In this document: piece by piece, positions 1 through 9,864 of the stretch | Position numbering within the stretch: position 1 is the first letter of the stretch | How the letters are laid out: each line of letters starts with the position of its first letter | Source of the DNA: Mobula hypostoma | Lineage: Eukaryota | DNA: 64,000 nucleotides | NCBI RefSeq assembly: GCF_963921235.1 | Contig: NC_086097.1 | Span: 171,246,001 to 171,310,000 of the forward strand | Reading direction: 5' to 3' | The notes under the pieces: model-generated | Database searches by the model: none | Told to the model about the DNA's origin: nothing | Seen by the model: the letters and a program-made list of their open reading frames with translations, nothing else | Translations under genes and position numbers: made by a program

Positions 1-260
1 GTCAGAAAGTAAGCCGGGGACTAGTGAAAAGGATAAGGTAGACGGGGAGCAGTCTGGTCGGAAGTCTCCTGGGGTCGTCTGTTATAATTGTGGGAAAGTC
101 GGACACTTTGCGTCCAGGTGCTTTGCCCCAAAGAAGGAGACGGGAAAAGGAAAAACAGCAATGTTGAATGGCCGTATCGAGCTGTTAAGCGAACCGCTAG
201 GGAAGGACAGGTCTGAAAAAGTCCAGGAAGAAGCGCGAGAGGTTTATCTCGGCCGGACTG

Positions 261-1499
261 GTGTCAGTGAAGGAGAGGTTAAAACCAGTTCCAGTGTGGA
301 TCTGGAGAGACACGGGAGCGTGTCAGTCACTAATACTGAAGAGTGTATTAGAGTTTAGCTCAGAGACTGAGACTGGGGAGGTAGAGGTCAAAGGTGTTGG
401 GGAAGGGACAGAGTCAGTCCCTTTGCACCAGATACACTTACAGAGCAACCTGGTCTCTGGACTAGTCACGATCGGGGTGAGGTCCGAATTACCGATGAAA
501 GACGTGGAAGTCTTGCTCGGTAATGACATCGCCGGAGGAATCGTGTTCCCAGTCGTGAGATTGACAGGTCAGCCCGCCAGCATTGAGGCCCCGCCCATGG
601 ACTCACAGGTTCATCACGGGCCCGCGATAGTGAATTTAGCTGAAACATTTCTGCCAACCTTGTATGAGACAAGGGGTAGTGAGGGAGCTGGGACGAACGT
701 AGCAGTAGCCAGGAAAGAATTTGTGCAGACGCAGGAGCGAGACGAGGGGCTGATGGTTTTGGCAGAGACCGCTCTCTCTGACACAGCCTTGACAAGCTAT
801 TGTGCGGAGGAGGAAGTGCTAAGGAAGAAAGGGAAATCAAGTACAGTATCCGCAGATGAGGAATGGGGGGTGGTGCAAAAGAGTTATGGAGATGAGGTTT
901 TTAACATGGCCCACGAGGTACCCCCCGGTGAACATTTTGCGGTGCTGGAGGAAACAGTTGGTGGAATCATGAAAGAGATTTACCGGCTGCCCAGGGGGAA
1001 AAATGTTATTGATCATGACCGACGCGAACTGAGACGATCACCGGCTTTTGATATGCTAACAAACCTAGTCGGTGTTAGCGTGGAAATCAATGAAGCTAGG
1101 GGCCCCCTGATAAGAGGAAAAAAACATTTTGAAAAGATTAGTGTGGGATCGATCAGATGGGAGAAGGCTATTGTTTTGGCCAGGTCTACTGATAAGGTCT
1201 CTCCCTTAATCCCCGAACAAAGCGAATCTTTAGAAGAAGTAATTAAACGACTCGTGCCCGTGTGTTTGATTGTCCCGAGGAAATGCAAAGAACTGGGACG
1301 TTGGGTGATGTCTGTTACAATAGGGCAGCCTAGTAAAGAACACGCATATATAATGAGTAATTCAGTGACTAAAGGGCTGATGAACACAGAGGTGTGTATT
1401 GGCAATTTAATATGGCTGTCTGAAGCCAGCTTGATAGTGAACCTTGAAAAAAAAATGAATTCGGCCACACGAGGGTCACTTACCTGGGAATTGTCGTGA
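261..1499 (+). CDS. Protease plus vestigial pol ORF of the LTR element (412 aa)
   Basis: ORF track; DTG protease motif; frameshifted relative to the gag frame near 229-240; no RT catalytic (Y/F)xDD motif seen. Confidence 0.7.
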   Translation: MSVKERLKPVPVWIWRDTGACQSLILKSVLEFSSETETGEVEVKGVGEGTESVPLHQIHLQSNLVSGLVTIGVRSELPMKDVEVLLGNDIAGGIVFPVVRLTGQPASIEAPPMDSQVHHGPAIVNLAETFLPTLYETRGSEGAGTNVAVARKEFVQTQERDEGLMVLAETALSDTALTSYCAEEEVLRKKGKSSTVSADEEWGVVQKSYGDEVFNMAHEVPPGEHFAVLEETVGGIMKEIYRLPRGKNVIDHDRRELRRSPAFDMLTNLVGVSVEINEARGPLIRGKKHFEKISVGSIRWEKAIVLARSTDKVSPLIPEQSESLEEVIKRLVPVCLIVPRKCKELGRWVMSVTIGQPSKEHAYIMSNSVTKGLMNTEVCIGNLIWLSEASLIVNLEKKMNSATRGSLTWELS

Positions 1500-1974
1500 C
1501 ACAGGGGCAGCTGGCAGCGATGCAAGCTACAGTGCAGGCTATCGCTGACCTCCCAACCCCGACAGACAAGAGGGCCCTCAGAAGGCTCTTGGAGATGGTG
1601 GGGTACTGCAGGAAGTTTTGCAATAACTCTGCGGTCAATACCCGTCCCCCTCCTACTAAGCCCTTGCGAGAGAAAACTGAGTCGGAATGGGACGACCCTT
1701 GTTATTGTGGTCCGGGACAAAACCAAATGAGAGGTTACATTGGTCGCAATTCATCAGTGTTTTTGGCCACTATGAAGTTTGCTGAGTTGGAGCCTGGTCT
1801 AAGGGATTATTAATAACACGTGTAAAAGGGACAGAAAATGTGATGACTGTCTGTCAAGGTGTTGACAGCTTCAAACTCGCTGTGTTAGCCAAATAGCTGA
1901 TAAAGATGTATATTTGTGTATGTATCAAATAATGTAGTCATGTTTGTAATTTTTACCTCCCGGTAAAAATCCTT

Positions 1975-1987
1975 AAAAGGGGGGAAG
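1975..1987 (+). other. Polypurine tract
   Basis: AAAAGGGGGGAAG directly before the TG of the LTR. Confidence 0.85.
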
Positions 1988-2831
1988 TGTGACGAGAATA
2001 CACATAAAATTAAGATGTTTGCTGGCCTGGGTTAGCATCAGTGACATCAGCAAGTGGTCTGCCACCTGCCCTCAGGGGAAGGAGAGATAAGGAACAATGG
2101 AGCAGCGTCTGGAGATGTGTAATGAAGTGACGGGGGAGAGAGAGCTGTCTGGAGCGGCTCCCCCCTTTGAAGCTTGAACTGTTTGAAGTGATGGACAGGC
2201 GATGCCCCAGCAGGGGGATAAAAAGGGACCGGTTCGCTAAGGCAGGACACACGACACCCGAGGTAACGAGACCCTGGAAGCGGTACGCCTCTCACGAGTC
2301 GGTGAGAAGTATCAGACAACACCCGGGGTGGAAAGGTACGATCAGCGGGAACCCGGTGTGTGTCCGCCCTTGCTTGGGTGCCGGGTTCACTGCAGAGGAT
2401 CGACCGCATCTGGAGGAGGGGTCACAGTCGGTGACCTCAGGTGACATCACCAAGGACCCGCCCAAAATCACCGGTCTGTGAGTGAAGCCGTGTCTGAATG
2501 ATCAGTTGTTCCTGTTCCCTCTCTCTCTTCCCCCACGTTGTCCATCGCCATGGCAACGATTACTGCAAACTGAACTACTAAACTGGACTGAACTTTGAGT
2601 CACTTTGAAATTTGGTCATTTACCCCTAGACAACGATAGAGCTTGATTGATGCTGTTATCTTGATTCTGTGCACATGTGTGTTTATCATTGCTGAACTGT
2701 TGCATTTATTATCCTTTCGATTACTGTGTTGCTTATTTCTTTAATAAAACTTTCTTAGTTCTAGTACTCCAGACTCCAACTGAGTGATCCATTTCTGCTG
2801 GTTTGGCAACCCAGTTACGGGGTACGTAACA
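1988..2831 (+). repeat. 3' LTR (844 bp)
   Basis: TGTGACG...CGTAACA inverted termini; TATA-like GATAAAA at ~2217; AATAAA at 2743; abrupt switch to Penelope sequence at 2832. Confidence 0.85.
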
Positions 2832-4216
2832 CTCTATCTCTGGAGACAGCTTATCTACTGATGTTTACTATAAGCCTACTGACTCTCACAGCTATCTGGA
2901 CTATTCCTCTTCTTACCCTGTCTCTTGCAAAAATGCCATCCCCTTCTCGCAATTCCTTCGTCTCCGCCGCATCTGCTCTCAGGATGAGGCTTTTCATTCC
3001 AGGACGAGGGAGATGTCCTCCTTTTATAAAGGGAGGGGCTTCCCTTCCTCCACCATCAACTCTGCTCTCAAACGCATCTCTCCCATTTCACGCACATCTG
3101 CACTCACCCCATCCTACCGCCACCCCACTAGGGATAGGGTTCCTCTTGTCCTCACCTACCACCCAAGAGCCTCCAGGTCCAACATATAATTCTCCATAAC
3201 TTCCGCCACCTCCAATGGGATCCCACCACTAAACATATCTTTCTCTCACCCCCTCTTTCTGCTTTCCACAGGGATTGCTCCCTACGCAACACCCTTGTCC
3301 ATTCATTCCCCCCCCCCCATCCCTCCCCACTGATCTCCCTCCTGGAACTTATTCTTGTCAGCGGAACAAGTGCTACACATGCCCTTACACTTCCTCCCTT
3401 ACCACCATTCAGGGCCCCAGACAGTCCTTCCAGGTGAGGCGACACTTCAGCTGTGAGTCGGCTGGGGTGATATACTGCGTCCAGTGCTCCCGATGTGGCC
3501 TTCTATATATTGGTGAAACCCGATGTAGACTGGGAGACCATTTCACTGAACACCTACGCTCTGTCCGCCAGAGAAAGCAGGATCTCCCAGTGGCCACACA
3601 TTTTAATTCCACGTCCCATTCCCATTCTGATATGTCTATCCACGGCTTCCTCTACTGTCAAGATGAAGTCACATTCAGGTTGGAGGAACAACAGCTTATA
3701 TTCTGTCTGGGTAGCCTCCAACCTGATGGCATGAACATTAACTTCTCTAACTTCCGTTAATGCCCCACCTCCCATTCTTACCCCATACCTTATTTATTTA
3801 TTTGTTTGTTTGTTTGTTTATTTATTGTTTTTCCCCTTTTTTTCTCTCTCTGTCCCTCTTACAATAACTCCTTGCCTGCTCTCCATCTTCCTCTGGTGAT
3901 CCCCTCTCCCTTTCTTTCTCCCTGGGCCTCCCGTCCCATGATCCTCTCCCTTCTGCAGCCTTGTATCCCTTTTGCCAATCAACTTTCCAGCTGTTAGCCT
4001 CATCCCTCGCCCCCGTCTTCTCCTATCATTTCGGATCTCCCCCTCCCCCCCACCTTCAAATCTCCTACTATCTCTTCTTTCAGCTAGTCCTGACGAAGGG
4101 TCTCAGCCCGAAATGTCGACTGTGCTTCTTCCTATAGATGCTGCCTGGCCTGCTGCATTCCATGAGCATTTTGTGTGTGTTGCTTGAATTTCCAGCATCT
4201 GCAGATTTCCTCGTGT
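2832..4216 (+). mobile_element. Penelope-like element 3' part (RT thumb, GIY-YIG endonuclease, pyrimidine-rich tail, pLTR)
   Basis: SISGDSLSTDVYYKPTDSHSYLDY..AIPFSQFLRLRRICS; ORF 3275-3760 GVIYCVQCSRCGLLYIGET..RLGDHFTEHL..PVATHFN..LEEQQLIFCLGSLQPDGMN. Confidence 0.92.
4086..4121 (+). ncRNA. Minimal type I hammerhead ribozyme motif in the Penelope pLTR
   Basis: AGTC-CTGACGA-A-GGG tctcag CCC-GAAA-tGTC-GACT: CUGANGA and GAAA cores, stem I AGTC/GACT, stem II GGG/CCC, GUC cleavage triplet. Confidence 0.75.
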
Positions 4217-4908
4217 TAACCTTTTTTGCTGACTGCTTTTGCTTTAGCCATGAATTTCAATTGCTGCGATTCATCATGATTCTTCTGAAATCAGCACTGT
4301 AGATTTTTGCTGCAAAGCACTTTGAAATAGACCTAGTTTGCAAAATAAATAAATTTTGTCTCATGTGAGTCACACCCCTCCTGCAACTGACTGGTTGACA
4401 CAGTGGTGAAGAGGCGTGAATTCTGGAATAGAATAAGAATTGAGATGCCCTATTACATTTTCAGTATGTTAGCAACTGCCGTTACCACAGTTTTGGCAAT
4501 GATTCATTGTTAATTGTATTAAAGTCTTACAATCCCTCTTTAGTGCAGTGTATAACAGCTATTTCTTTGATATCTACATTGTGCTAATTTAATGTCTCAT
4601 TAGAAATGCCTCAAGCAATGCAGTAAATAGAAAAGGTTTGAAAGTCTGATTCATCCTTCTATGCATTGCTTCTTCATTTGTTTTCTGCAGTGTTTACTCA
4701 ATCATTCTGTCTTGGAGATAAGAAATGTTTGATAAGGTGTCATTGGCAGAACAGCAGGTTGGAGTACTTCACTAATTTCACTGTGTTTTCTGACTGAAAT
4801 CTCCCTGGAAGCTGGAGACCCTGTGATACACTTTACCTCTCTGGTCTGGTGCCACATCATCCTAATAACAAGAATTCTGTGTTAAATCTTGTTAACAGAC
4901 TAATGCAT

Positions 4909-5010
4909 GGTCATGATGAAGGGTCTCGGCTCAAAACATCGACTGTTTACTCTTTTCCATAGCTGCTGCCTGGCTTGCTGAGTTCCTCCAGCATTTTGTG
5001 TGTGTTGCTA
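4909..5010 (+). mobile_element. Short Penelope pLTR fragment with a degenerate hammerhead
   Basis: Similar to 4086-4185 (tgatgaagggtctcggctcaaaacatcgact...gctgcctggc..ccagcattttgtgtgtgttgc). Confidence 0.7.
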
Positions 5011-5139
5011 ATGCCTGTTTAATCACCCTCTGAGTGACTTTGTCTTCTGCCAGTCATATCCATCTTTGTTCTGCACTGATGTTCTCCATCGCTGTTTCTG
5101 TTGTCTCTTTGCTGAACTTTCCTTAACTTCCATAGGAGG

Positions 5140-5375
5140 ACCAGCAAAGTTCAACAGATATACAGTAGATGCAGTGTATCCTGACTGGTTGAATCACCAC
5201 CTGGTGTGGAGGCTCCACTGCAATGGGTCACAAGAGGCTGCAAGGGGGTTGTAGAGTTAGCCAGCTCCATCACAGACACAGCCCTCCCCACCATCGAGGG
5301 CATCTTCCGAAGGCAGTGCCTCAAGAAGGAGACATTCATCATGAAGGATCATCACTGTCCAGAACATGTCCTTTT
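5140..5375 (+). mobile_element. Rex1/Babar LINE 3' fragment (second copy ~10043-10278)
   Basis: Degenerate ESILTGCIT.WYG..DRKRLQRVV..ITGT.LP.I..I...RC.KKA..IIKD..HP region, homologous to the end of ORF 17366-18460. Confidence 0.7.
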
Positions 5376-8300
5376 AAGACCATAAGACCGTAAGATGTAG
5401 GAGCAGAATTAGGCTATTTGGCCCATCGAGTTTGCTCCACCCTTTCATCATGGCTAATACACTTTCCCTCTCAGCCCCAATCTCATGCATTCTCCCTGTA
5501 TTCCTTCATGCCCTAATCGATAACGAATCTATCAACCTCTGCTTTATGTATACCCAATGAATTGGCCTCTTCAGCCACTTGTGGCAACAAATTCCATAGA
5601 TTCACCACTCTCTGGCTAAAGAAATTCTTCCTAATCTCCATTCTAAAATGACTCTCCTCTAATTTGAGACTGTGTCCTCTAGTCTTAGACTCCCCTACCA
5701 TGGGAAACATCCTCTCCGCAGCCATTCTGTCAAAGCCATTCAATAATCAATAGGTTTCAATGAGGTTACCCCTCATTCTTTTGAATTCCAGTGAGTACAG
5801 GCCAGAGACATCAAACAGTCTTCATAAGACAAGCCTTTCAAGCCCAAAATTATTTTTGTGAACCTCCTTTGAAACCTCTCCAATGTCGACATATCCTTTC
5901 TTAGATAAGGGGCACAAAACTCATCACAATACTCCAAGGGAGGTTTCTGCAGTGCCTTTTAAAGCCTCAGTATTACATCTTTGTGTTTATATTCTAGTCC
6001 TCTTGAAATGAATGATAATACCACATTTACCTTCCTCACCACCAACTCAACCTGCAAATTACCTTTTAGAAAATCCTGCACAAGGCCTCCCAAGTCCCTA
6101 TGCATCTCAAATTTTTGAAATTTCTCTCCGTTTATTTCTTCTACCAAATTGTGTGACCATACATTTCCTGACACTGTATTCCATCTGCCACTTCTTTGCC
6201 AATTCTCCCAATCTGTCTAAGTACTTCCGTAGCCTCTCTATTTCCTCAAGACTACCTGCCCCTCCATTTATTTTCATTTCATCTGCAAATTGTGCCACAA
6301 AGACATCAGTTCAGTCATCCAAGTCATTGACAAATAACACAAAAAGAATCAGTCCCAACACAGACCTGTGTGGAACACCACTAGTCACCAGCAGCCAATC
6401 ACAAAAGGCTCGCTTTATTCTCACGCTTTGACTCCTGCCGATCAGTCACTGCTTTATCCATTCTTGAATCTTTCCTGTAATACCATGGGCTCTTAACTTG
6501 TTAAGCAGCTTCAAGTGTGGCATCTTGTCAAAAGCTTTCTCCGATTCTCCTGTGTCTATCCTGCTTGTTATTTCTTTAAAGAATCCCATCAGATTTGTCA
6601 GGCAAGATTTTCCCTTGAGGAGTCCATGATGACTACAGTGTATCCAACTACCCTGAAACAACATCCTTAACAATCGACTCCAACATTTTCCCAATCACTG
6701 AGATAGACTAACTGACCTATAATTTCCTTTCTTCTGCCTCTCTCCCTTCTTGAAGAGTGGAATGACCTTTGCAATTTTCCATTCCTCCGAAATCATGCCA
6801 GAATCAATTGATCCTTGAAAGATCATTACTAATGCTCCATAATATCTTCAGCAACCTTTTTCAAACCCTGGTGTGTAAACTATCTGGTACAGGTGACTTA
6901 TCTACTTTCAGACCACTCAGTTTTCCAAGACGCTTCTCCCAAGTAATGGCAACTTCACACATGTCTGCCTACTGACACACTCAAACCTATGGCATACTGC
7001 TCATGTCTTCATGTCTTTGTACTACACCTGTCCCTACACCTCCTGTCTTGCCACCATTCAGAGCCCCAGGCAGTCCTTCCAGGTGAGGCAACACTTCACT
7101 TGTGAGTCTGTTGGTGTCATCTATTGCATCCGGTGCTCCCAGTGTGGCTTCCTCTACATCGGTGAAACCCGACGCAGATTGGGGGACTGCTTCTTCGAGC
7201 ACCTCCGCTCCATCCTCCAGAACAGACAGGATCTCCCAGTTGCCACCCACTTCAATTCTGCTTCACATTCCCATTCAGATATATCCATACATGGCCTCCT
7301 CTACTGCCATGATGAGGCTAAACTCAGGTTGGAGGAGCAACACCTCATATACCGTCTAGGTAGTCTCTAGCCACTTGGTATGAATGTAGAATTCTCCAAC
7401 TTCCGGTAATTCCCTCCCCCTCCCTTCCCCTATCCCTATGTCACTCTGCCCCCTCCCCCAGCTGCCTATCACTTCCCTCATGGTTCCGCCTCCTTCTACT
7501 ACCCATTGTGTTTTCCCCTATTCCTTCTTCACCTTTCCTGCCTATCACCTCCCGGCTTCCCTTCCCCCACCCCTTTATCTTTCCCCTTACTGGTTTTTCA
7601 CCTGGAACCTACCAGCCTTCTCCTTCCCACCCTCCCCCCACCTTCTTTATAGGGCCTCTGTCCCTTCCCTCTACAGTCCTGACAAAGGGTTCTGGCCTGA
7701 AACGTTGATTGATCGTTTCCAAGGATGCTGCCCTTGAGTTCCTCCAGTGTGTTGTGAGTGTTGCTCATGTCTTCCGTAGTGAAGACTGATGCAAAATACT
7801 TATTCAGTTCTTCTGCCATTTCTGTGTCCCCCAATACTACCTCTCCAGTGTCATTATTTTAGTGGTCTGATATTCACTCTCACCTCTCTTTTACACTTCA
7901 TGTATCTGAAGAAACTTTTGATATTCTCTATAATATTATTGGCTAGCTTACCTTTGTATTCCATCTTTTCCCTCTTAATCGCCTTTTTAATTTTAGTTTT
8001 TTAGTTGCCTTCTGTTAGTATTTAAAGTCTTCCCAGTCCTCTAACTTCCCATTATTTTGTGCATTATTATATACCCTCGCTTTGGCTTTTATGGTGGCTC
8101 TTGTTAGCCATGGTTGTGTCATCTTGCCTTTTGAATACTACTTCCTCTTTGGGATGTATATACCCTGTGCCTTCCAAATTGTTTCCGGAAATTCCAGCCA
8201 TTGCTGCTCTGCCGTAATCCCTGCCAGTGTTCTTTTCCAATCAACTCTGGCCAACTCCTCTTTCGTGCCTCTGTAATTCCCTTTATTCCACTGTAATACT

Positions 8301-9861
8301 GACACCTCTCACTTCAGTCTCTCCTTCTCAAATTGCATGGCGAATTCTTTCATATTATGATCACTTCTTCCCTAAGGGTTCTTTTACCTTAAATGTTCAA
8401 ATCAATTCTGGTTCATTGCATATCGCCTAATTCAGAATAAATGATCCGCTAATGGTCTCAGCCAAGAACTGCTCTAAAAAGCCAACTCGTAGGCATTCTA
8501 GAAATTCCCCTGGTTGGGATCCAGCACCAACCTGGTTTTCCCAATCTACCTGCATACTGAAATTCCCGCATGACTATTGTAAATTTGCCTTTATGGCAAG
8601 CATTTTCAATCTCCCACTGTAATTTGTAGACCACATCCTTACGACTGTTTGGGAGTCTGTATATAACTCCTATCAGAGTATTTTTACCCTTGCAGTTCTT
8701 AACTTTACCCACAACAATTCAACACCTTCTGACCCTAAGTCACCTCTTTCTATTGATTTTATTTAATTTTTCACCAACAGAGCCACACCACACACTCTGC
8801 CAACCTGGCTGTCCTTTCAATACAATGTGTATTCTTGGACATTAAGCTCCCAGCTATAATCTTTATTCAGCCACAAATTCATTGATTCCCACAACATCAT
8901 ACATACCAGTCTGCAACTATGCTACAGGTTCATCTACCTTATTCCATATACAGCGCGCATTCAAATATAACAGCTACATTCCTGTATTCAACCTGTTCGA
9001 TTTTGTCCACCTTTTACATTGCAACTCATTCTGTTGACTGCCCTTTTACCCTGTCAGCAGCCTCACTACGCATTGCCTGTTAGTAAACCAAATACCTCAT
9101 CTCAGCACTATCACTCTGCTTCCCATCCCCCTGCCATATTTGTTTAAACCCTCCTGAACAACTCTAGCAAACCTGCCTGCAAGGGTATTGGTCCCCTTCA
9201 AGTTCAGGTGTAACCAGTCCCTTTTGTACAGGCTGTACCTTCTCCAGAAGAAATCCCAATGATTCATAAATCTGAACCCCTGCTCCCTGTACCAGTTCCT
9301 CGGCCACACATACATCTGCTAAATTATTCTAGTGTTACCCTCACTGGTACTTGGCACATTCAGCAATCCAGAAATTACTACCCTGGAGGTCCTGTTTTTC
9401 AGTTTTCTATATGGCTCCTTAAAATTTCTCTTCAGAATCTCTGCACTTTTTCTACCTATGTCATTGGTGCCAATATGTACTAAGACTACTAGCTGTTCAC
9501 CCTATCCCTTTAGAATGCCATAGACTCAACCCAAGACATGCCTGACCCTGGAACTTAAGAAGGAAAATACCAACTGGGTGTCTCTGTCTTGCCCACAGAA
9601 TCTCATCTTTTCCTCTGACTATGGAATTTCCCACCACTGCTGTCCTCTCCACCTCTCTCCTCTTTTGAGCCACAACACCGGACTCAGTGCCAGAGACCTG
9701 ATCACTGCGGCTCCCCCAGTACTTCATCCCCCACAACAGTGTCTAAAGTGGTATACTTATTATTGAGGGGAACAGCCACAGGCTATGCATTTCTCATTCT
9801 CCCATATGAGCTGAAGATCATCGAGCTGCAGCTCCAGTTCCATGACACATTCTCTGAGGAG
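5376..9861 (-). mobile_element. Near full-length degraded CR1 LINE (esterase ORF1, APE endonuclease, RT)
   Basis: (TCTTATGG)n-type 3' tail at 5376; KSCLTNL..FF.EIT..D; KAFDKMPH.KLLNKL; QFADEMKI; APE TLIGVIYRLPNS; ORF1 AVVGNSIVRG and DWLHLNLKGT. Confidence 0.9.
7011..7761 (+). mobile_element. Penelope 3' fragment inserted into CR1 (second copy ~11915-12665)
   Basis: GIY-YIG ORF 7011-7370; degenerate hammerhead 7675-7710; flanked by direct repeat TGCTCATGTCTTC (6998-7010 and 7762-7774). Confidence 0.88.
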
Positions 9862-9864
9862 AAT

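Larger units (their letters stand above)
1..2831 (+). mobile_element. Gypsy/Gmr1-like LTR retrotransposon, internally deleted, 5' part outside the window
   Basis: Gag zinc knuckle CYNCGKVGHFASRC (80-121); aspartic protease WRDTGACQSLIL; integrase Zn-finger remnant (EVFNMAHEVPPGEH); RT thumb VTYLG..VQAIADLPTP..LRRLLEMVGYCRKF (~1474-1620); RNase H end (ITRVKGTENV..CLSR, ~1812-1860); PPT then LTR. Confidence 0.9.
4962..9861 (+). repeat. Tandem duplication, unit 1 (~4.9 kb)
   Basis: Sequence and ORF track recur at an offset of 4903/4904 bp. Confidence 0.97.

Noticed and set aside
1013..1726. 237-aa antisense ORF and similar shadow ORFs (20177-20788, 60929-61555, 54980-55444)
   Set aside because: Opposite-strand shadows of TE coding sequence with no independent motifs.
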